From assembly GCA_037481655.1 (NCBI GenBank), contig JBBFLF010000005.1:9981-73980 (forward strand): a stretch of 64,000 nucleotides of DNA. The letters run 5' to 3'. This DNA comes from Desulfobaccales bacterium. GTDB taxonomy: Bacteria; Desulfobacterota; Desulfobaccia; Desulfobaccales; 0-14-0-80-60-11. The position numbers and the translations under genes were made by a program. The notes beneath the pieces are model-generated. The model did no database searches. It had not been told where the DNA came from and saw only the letters and a program-made list of their open reading frames with translations. This document shows, piece after piece, positions 61,124 through 64,000 of the stretch (its first letter is position 1; each line of letters begins with the position of its first letter).

Positions 61124-61852
61124 TCAGGGACCCTTGGCCCGCCGGCCGTGGCGCAGGTCCGCCGCCGCCTGAGGGGGCAGGCCGGCGGCCAGGAGCGCCC
61201 GGGCGGTGCGCTCCACGTCATAAGCCACTCGCCGGATCTCCAGCCGCACCTCTGCCTCCACCTCCAGCAAGGCGTAGCTGGCCCGGGGATCGCCGTCCTT
61301 GGGAAAGCCCACGCTCCCCGGATTGAAGAGCCACTTGCCCGCCACCGGTCGCACCATCGGGATGTGGGTGTGCCCCGCCAGCAACACCTCTTCGCTGATC
61401 TCCCCCACTACCGGGGCCAGCTCCTCGTCAGTGAGCCGGGGCCGCAAATACTCCCGCACGTGGCGAGGGCTGCCGTGGGTAAGGAGCAGCCGGCGGCCGT
61501 TGACCTCCAAAGAGAGGCGTTGCGGCAGGCTTCGGAGATAGGCCTTGGTCTCCGCGCTCACCTGCTCCCGGGTCCAGTGGTAAATGGCCCGGCCCATCTC
61601 CGTGATGGCCGGATTGAGGAACTCCGCCACGGGGTCCGGGACGTCCGCGGCCACTGCCAGATCATAGTTGCCCACCACGCCTGTCAGACCCAGCTCCCGA
61701 ACGCGGGCCACCACCTCCTCGGGAAAGGGGTTGTAGCCCACCAGGTCCCCCAAGTGATAGACCGCCTCCACCCCCTGAAGCGCAATATCCTCCAGGACCG
61801 CCTCCAGGGCGGGGAGATTGCCGTGAATGTCCGAGATGACTGCCAGCTTCAT
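61124..61852 (-). CDS. Calcineurin-like metallophosphoesterase
   Basis: SDIHGN, LGDLVGY, GNYD, HGSP, GHTH, NPGSVG. Confidence 0.93.
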   Translation of the reverse strand: MKLAVISDIHGNLPALEAVLEDIALQGVEAVYHLGDLVGYNPFPEEVVARVRELGLTGVVGNYDLAVAADVPDPVAEFLNPAITEMGRAIYHWTREQVSAETKAYLRSLPQRLSLEVNGRRLLLTHGSPRHVREYLRPRLTDEELAPVVGEISEEVLLAGHTHIPMVRPVAGKWLFNPGSVGFPKDGDPRASYALLEVEAEVRLEIRRVAYDVERTARALLAAGLPPQAAADLRHGRRAKGP

Positions 61853-62050
61853 GGCCTCAGGTTGAATGTGGGAAAGAGGGCCAGGGCCGTGGCCCCCCCT
61901 GCTCCCTCTCGCAAGCCCTCTTTGCCAACTCCTTGAATTCTATTAATATCGAGGCCTTGATGAAATCACTTTGGCCACGGTCTCAATTTTGCCCCGCACA
62001 AAGAGCCTCTGTTGCCGCCTCCCGGCTTTATCCTCCCGGAAGGGCGTAAC

Positions 62051-63262
62051 TCAGGCTGGCGGCGTGCACTGCACCTGATAGCCCGCCTGGGCCAGGGCCG
62101 CGCACACCTGCTCGCCATGGGCGGCGCTCCGGGTCTCCAGGTGGAGCTCCACCCGGGTGAGGTCCAGGGGCAGGTCCCGGGCCATGCGGTCGTGGAAGAG
62201 GTGCAGGATGTTGGCCTCCTGCTCCCCCACCAGGGTGGCCAGGCGCCCCAGGGAGCCGGGCCGGTCCGGCAGGACCACGGTGAGGGTGAGGAGGCGGCCT
62301 TTGAGGAGCAGGGCCCTGACCAGCACCCGCTCCAGGAGCGGAATGTCCATATTGCCGCCGCTCACCACCAAGACCACCCGGCGGCCCAGGTCCCGGCCGG
62401 CCAGGGGCCCCAGGAGCGCCGCGGCGGTCACCGCGCCGGCCCCCTCCGCCAGCACCTTCTTGCTTTCCAACAGCAACAGCACCGCCTGGGCGATCTCCCC
62501 CTCCCCCACCAACACCACCTCGTCCAGCAGGCGCTGCAGCAGAGGAAAGGTGTGCCCGCCGGTCAGCGGCACCCGGATGCCGTCCGCCAGGGTCTCCCGG
62601 GCGGCCACCGGGGTGGGCTCTCCCTGGGCCAGGGCCGCGGCCAAAGACGGCACCTGGGCCGTCTGTACCCCCACCAGCCGCACGGCAGGGCGCCCCTCCT
62701 TCAGGGCCACGGCACAGCCCGCCGCCAGCCCGCCGCCTCCCACCGGCAGGAGCACCGTGTCCACCTCCGGGAGGTCCTCCACAATCTCCAGCCCCAGGGT
62801 GCCCTGGCCGGCCACCACCTCGGGATCATCGTAGGGGTGGATGAAAATATACCCCTGCTCCGCCAGTTCCCGGGCCCGGGCTAAAGCCTGGGAAAGGTCC
62901 CGGCCATGGAGGAGGACCTGAGCGCCGTAGCCCTGGGCGGCCAACTGCTTGGTGAGGGAGGCCCCCTCCGGCATGACGATGACCGCCTCCAGCCCCAGGA
63001 CCCCGGCGGCAAAAGCCACCGCCTGGCCGTGGTTGCCGGCGGAGGCCGCCACCACCCGGGAGCCCTCCCCCCGTTCTTTGAGAAGCGTCAGGCGGTTTAA
63101 GGCCCCCCGGAGCTTGAAGGAGCCGGTGGTCTGGAGGTTTTCCAGCTTGAGATGAACCTCGGCGCCGACCAGCCGGCTCAGGGTGCGGGAGTACACCAGA
63201 GGGGTGCGCAGAGCCAGCCCCTTCAGCCGCGTCCGGGCCGCATGGATCTCCGCCAGGGTCAT
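62051..63262 (-). CDS. ilvA: Threonine ammonia-lyase with C-terminal ACT domain
   Basis: LKLENLQTTGSFKLRG, ASAGNH, PVGGGGL, SGGN, DRPGSL. Confidence 0.93.
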   Translation of the reverse strand: MTLAEIHAARTRLKGLALRTPLVYSRTLSRLVGAEVHLKLENLQTTGSFKLRGALNRLTLLKERGEGSRVVAASAGNHGQAVAFAAGVLGLEAVIVMPEGASLTKQLAAQGYGAQVLLHGRDLSQALARARELAEQGYIFIHPYDDPEVVAGQGTLGLEIVEDLPEVDTVLLPVGGGGLAAGCAVALKEGRPAVRLVGVQTAQVPSLAAALAQGEPTPVAARETLADGIRVPLTGGHTFPLLQRLLDEVVLVGEGEIAQAVLLLLESKKVLAEGAGAVTAAALLGPLAGRDLGRRVVLVVSGGNMDIPLLERVLVRALLLKGRLLTLTVVLPDRPGSLGRLATLVGEQEANILHLFHDRMARDLPLDLTRVELHLETRSAAHGEQVCAALAQAGYQVQCTPPA

Positions 63263-63305
63263 GGCGGGATCGCCTTCGCCCGAGGTCCCGGAGGCATGGC
63301 CAGAC

Positions 63306-63743
63306 TTAGGCCCGCTGGGCCTTGCGCCAGCCCGCGGCCTTGACCTCCTTCACATACGCCAGCCATTCTTCCTTCAGGGTCTTCATGTACAGGGGCAGGT
63401 TCTCCTTGATGAGAGGCTCCAGACGCCGATGCAGGGCGGCATTCACCTCCAGGTCATGGGGGGTGAAGCCCTGCCAGCTGAGATAGCCCTCATCAAACAG
63501 AAACTCCGGGGTGATCTCCGCCCGGATGCCCCGTTGTTTCAGAAGGAACTGGGCCCCTTCCAGATCATATTCCATGATCCAGCCGCAGTCCTCCACCATG
63601 GTCTCCGCATCCCAGGTGGCCAGGTGGCGGCATTCGGGGCAGTACAGGGCCACCAGGATCTCCGGGGTGAGGATGTTGTCATAAAAATTGAGGTAGGCCT
63701 TCTGGCGGCCGCAGGCGCAGACCCGGCTTTGCTGCAGACACAT
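63306..63743 (-). CDS. Hypothetical protein with CxC/CxxC motifs
   Basis: GAGGAG RBS; host-like codon usage; CACG..YCPEC. Confidence 0.75.
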   Translation of the reverse strand: MCLQQSRVCACGRQKAYLNFYDNILTPEILVALYCPECRHLATWDAETMVEDCGWIMEYDLEGAQFLLKQRGIRAEITPEFLFDEGYLSWQGFTPHDLEVNAALHRRLEPLIKENLPLYMKTLKEEWLAYVKEVKAAGWRKAQRA

Positions 63744-63840
63744 AAATTACTCCTCTTGCCAAACTGCTCTGTTCTTACTAGTTTTTGGGCAGAATGACAA
63801 GAATTCCTCCAGGGGTCCCCCCTTCCGCAGGAGGCCGGAG

Positions 63841-64000
63841 ATGGAAGTGATCAGGGAGGTTCTGACTCGGCTCTCGGGCCGTTTTTCCACGGAACTGGGG
63901 ATTGAAGTGGCCGCCGGACCTGAGGAGCGGCAGAAATGGTTTCTGGCCGCGGTGCTCTTCGGGGCCCGCATCTCCGGCCAGCTGGCAGCCCGCACCTACC
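63841..64000 (+). CDS. HhH-GPD-like DNA-repair-related protein, truncated by window edge
   Basis: GGAGG upstream; MEVIREVLTRLSGRFSTELGI..KWFLAAVLFGARIS. Confidence 0.55.
   Translation, partial: MEVIREVLTRLSGRFSTELGIEVAAGPEERQKWFLAAVLFGARISGQLAARTY

Overview
GC-rich bacterial chromosomal segment. Gene content (cobalamin nucleotide-loop genes, ResB/CcsA cytochrome c biogenesis, sigma54 promoters, trmFO, DciA) suggests an anaerobic Desulfobacterota/deltaproteobacterial lineage; this is inference. It is mostly housekeeping: a surface-glycosylation cluster end, tRNA-His, amrS, cobO/cobU/cobT/cobS, prfB with its +1 frameshift, trmFO-topA, dprA, queA-tgt-yajC, lolA, nadA, ligA, acyP, fabD, a CHASE2 cyclase, panE, hydantoinase A, pstSCAB-B with Pho-box-like repeats, resB-ccsA, mnmA, parA, an ABC exporter, a ThiF-like gene, flagellin, dciA, an aminotransferase and ilvA. 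No transposase, integrase, prophage or cas gene was seen. The most unusual signals are non-coding or atypical: (1) a complete IHF + sigma54 promoter + ~114-nt small RNA with three C-rich anti-Shine-Dalgarno-like segments at 35.3-35.5 kb; (2) an isolated flagellin + MerR-HTH-only module with a CsrA-type leader hairpin, flanked on both sides by repeat-spacer-repeat units; (3) a stand-alone proteasome-beta-like Thr protease between dprA and topA; (4) a sigma54-driven HisKA-only microprotein followed by a structured ~230-nt leader before ligA; (5) motif-degenerate GcvH-like, ThiF-like and dynamin-like proteins; (6) a dispersed ~135-bp palindromic REP/MITE-like family. All calls are by eye, with no database searches.
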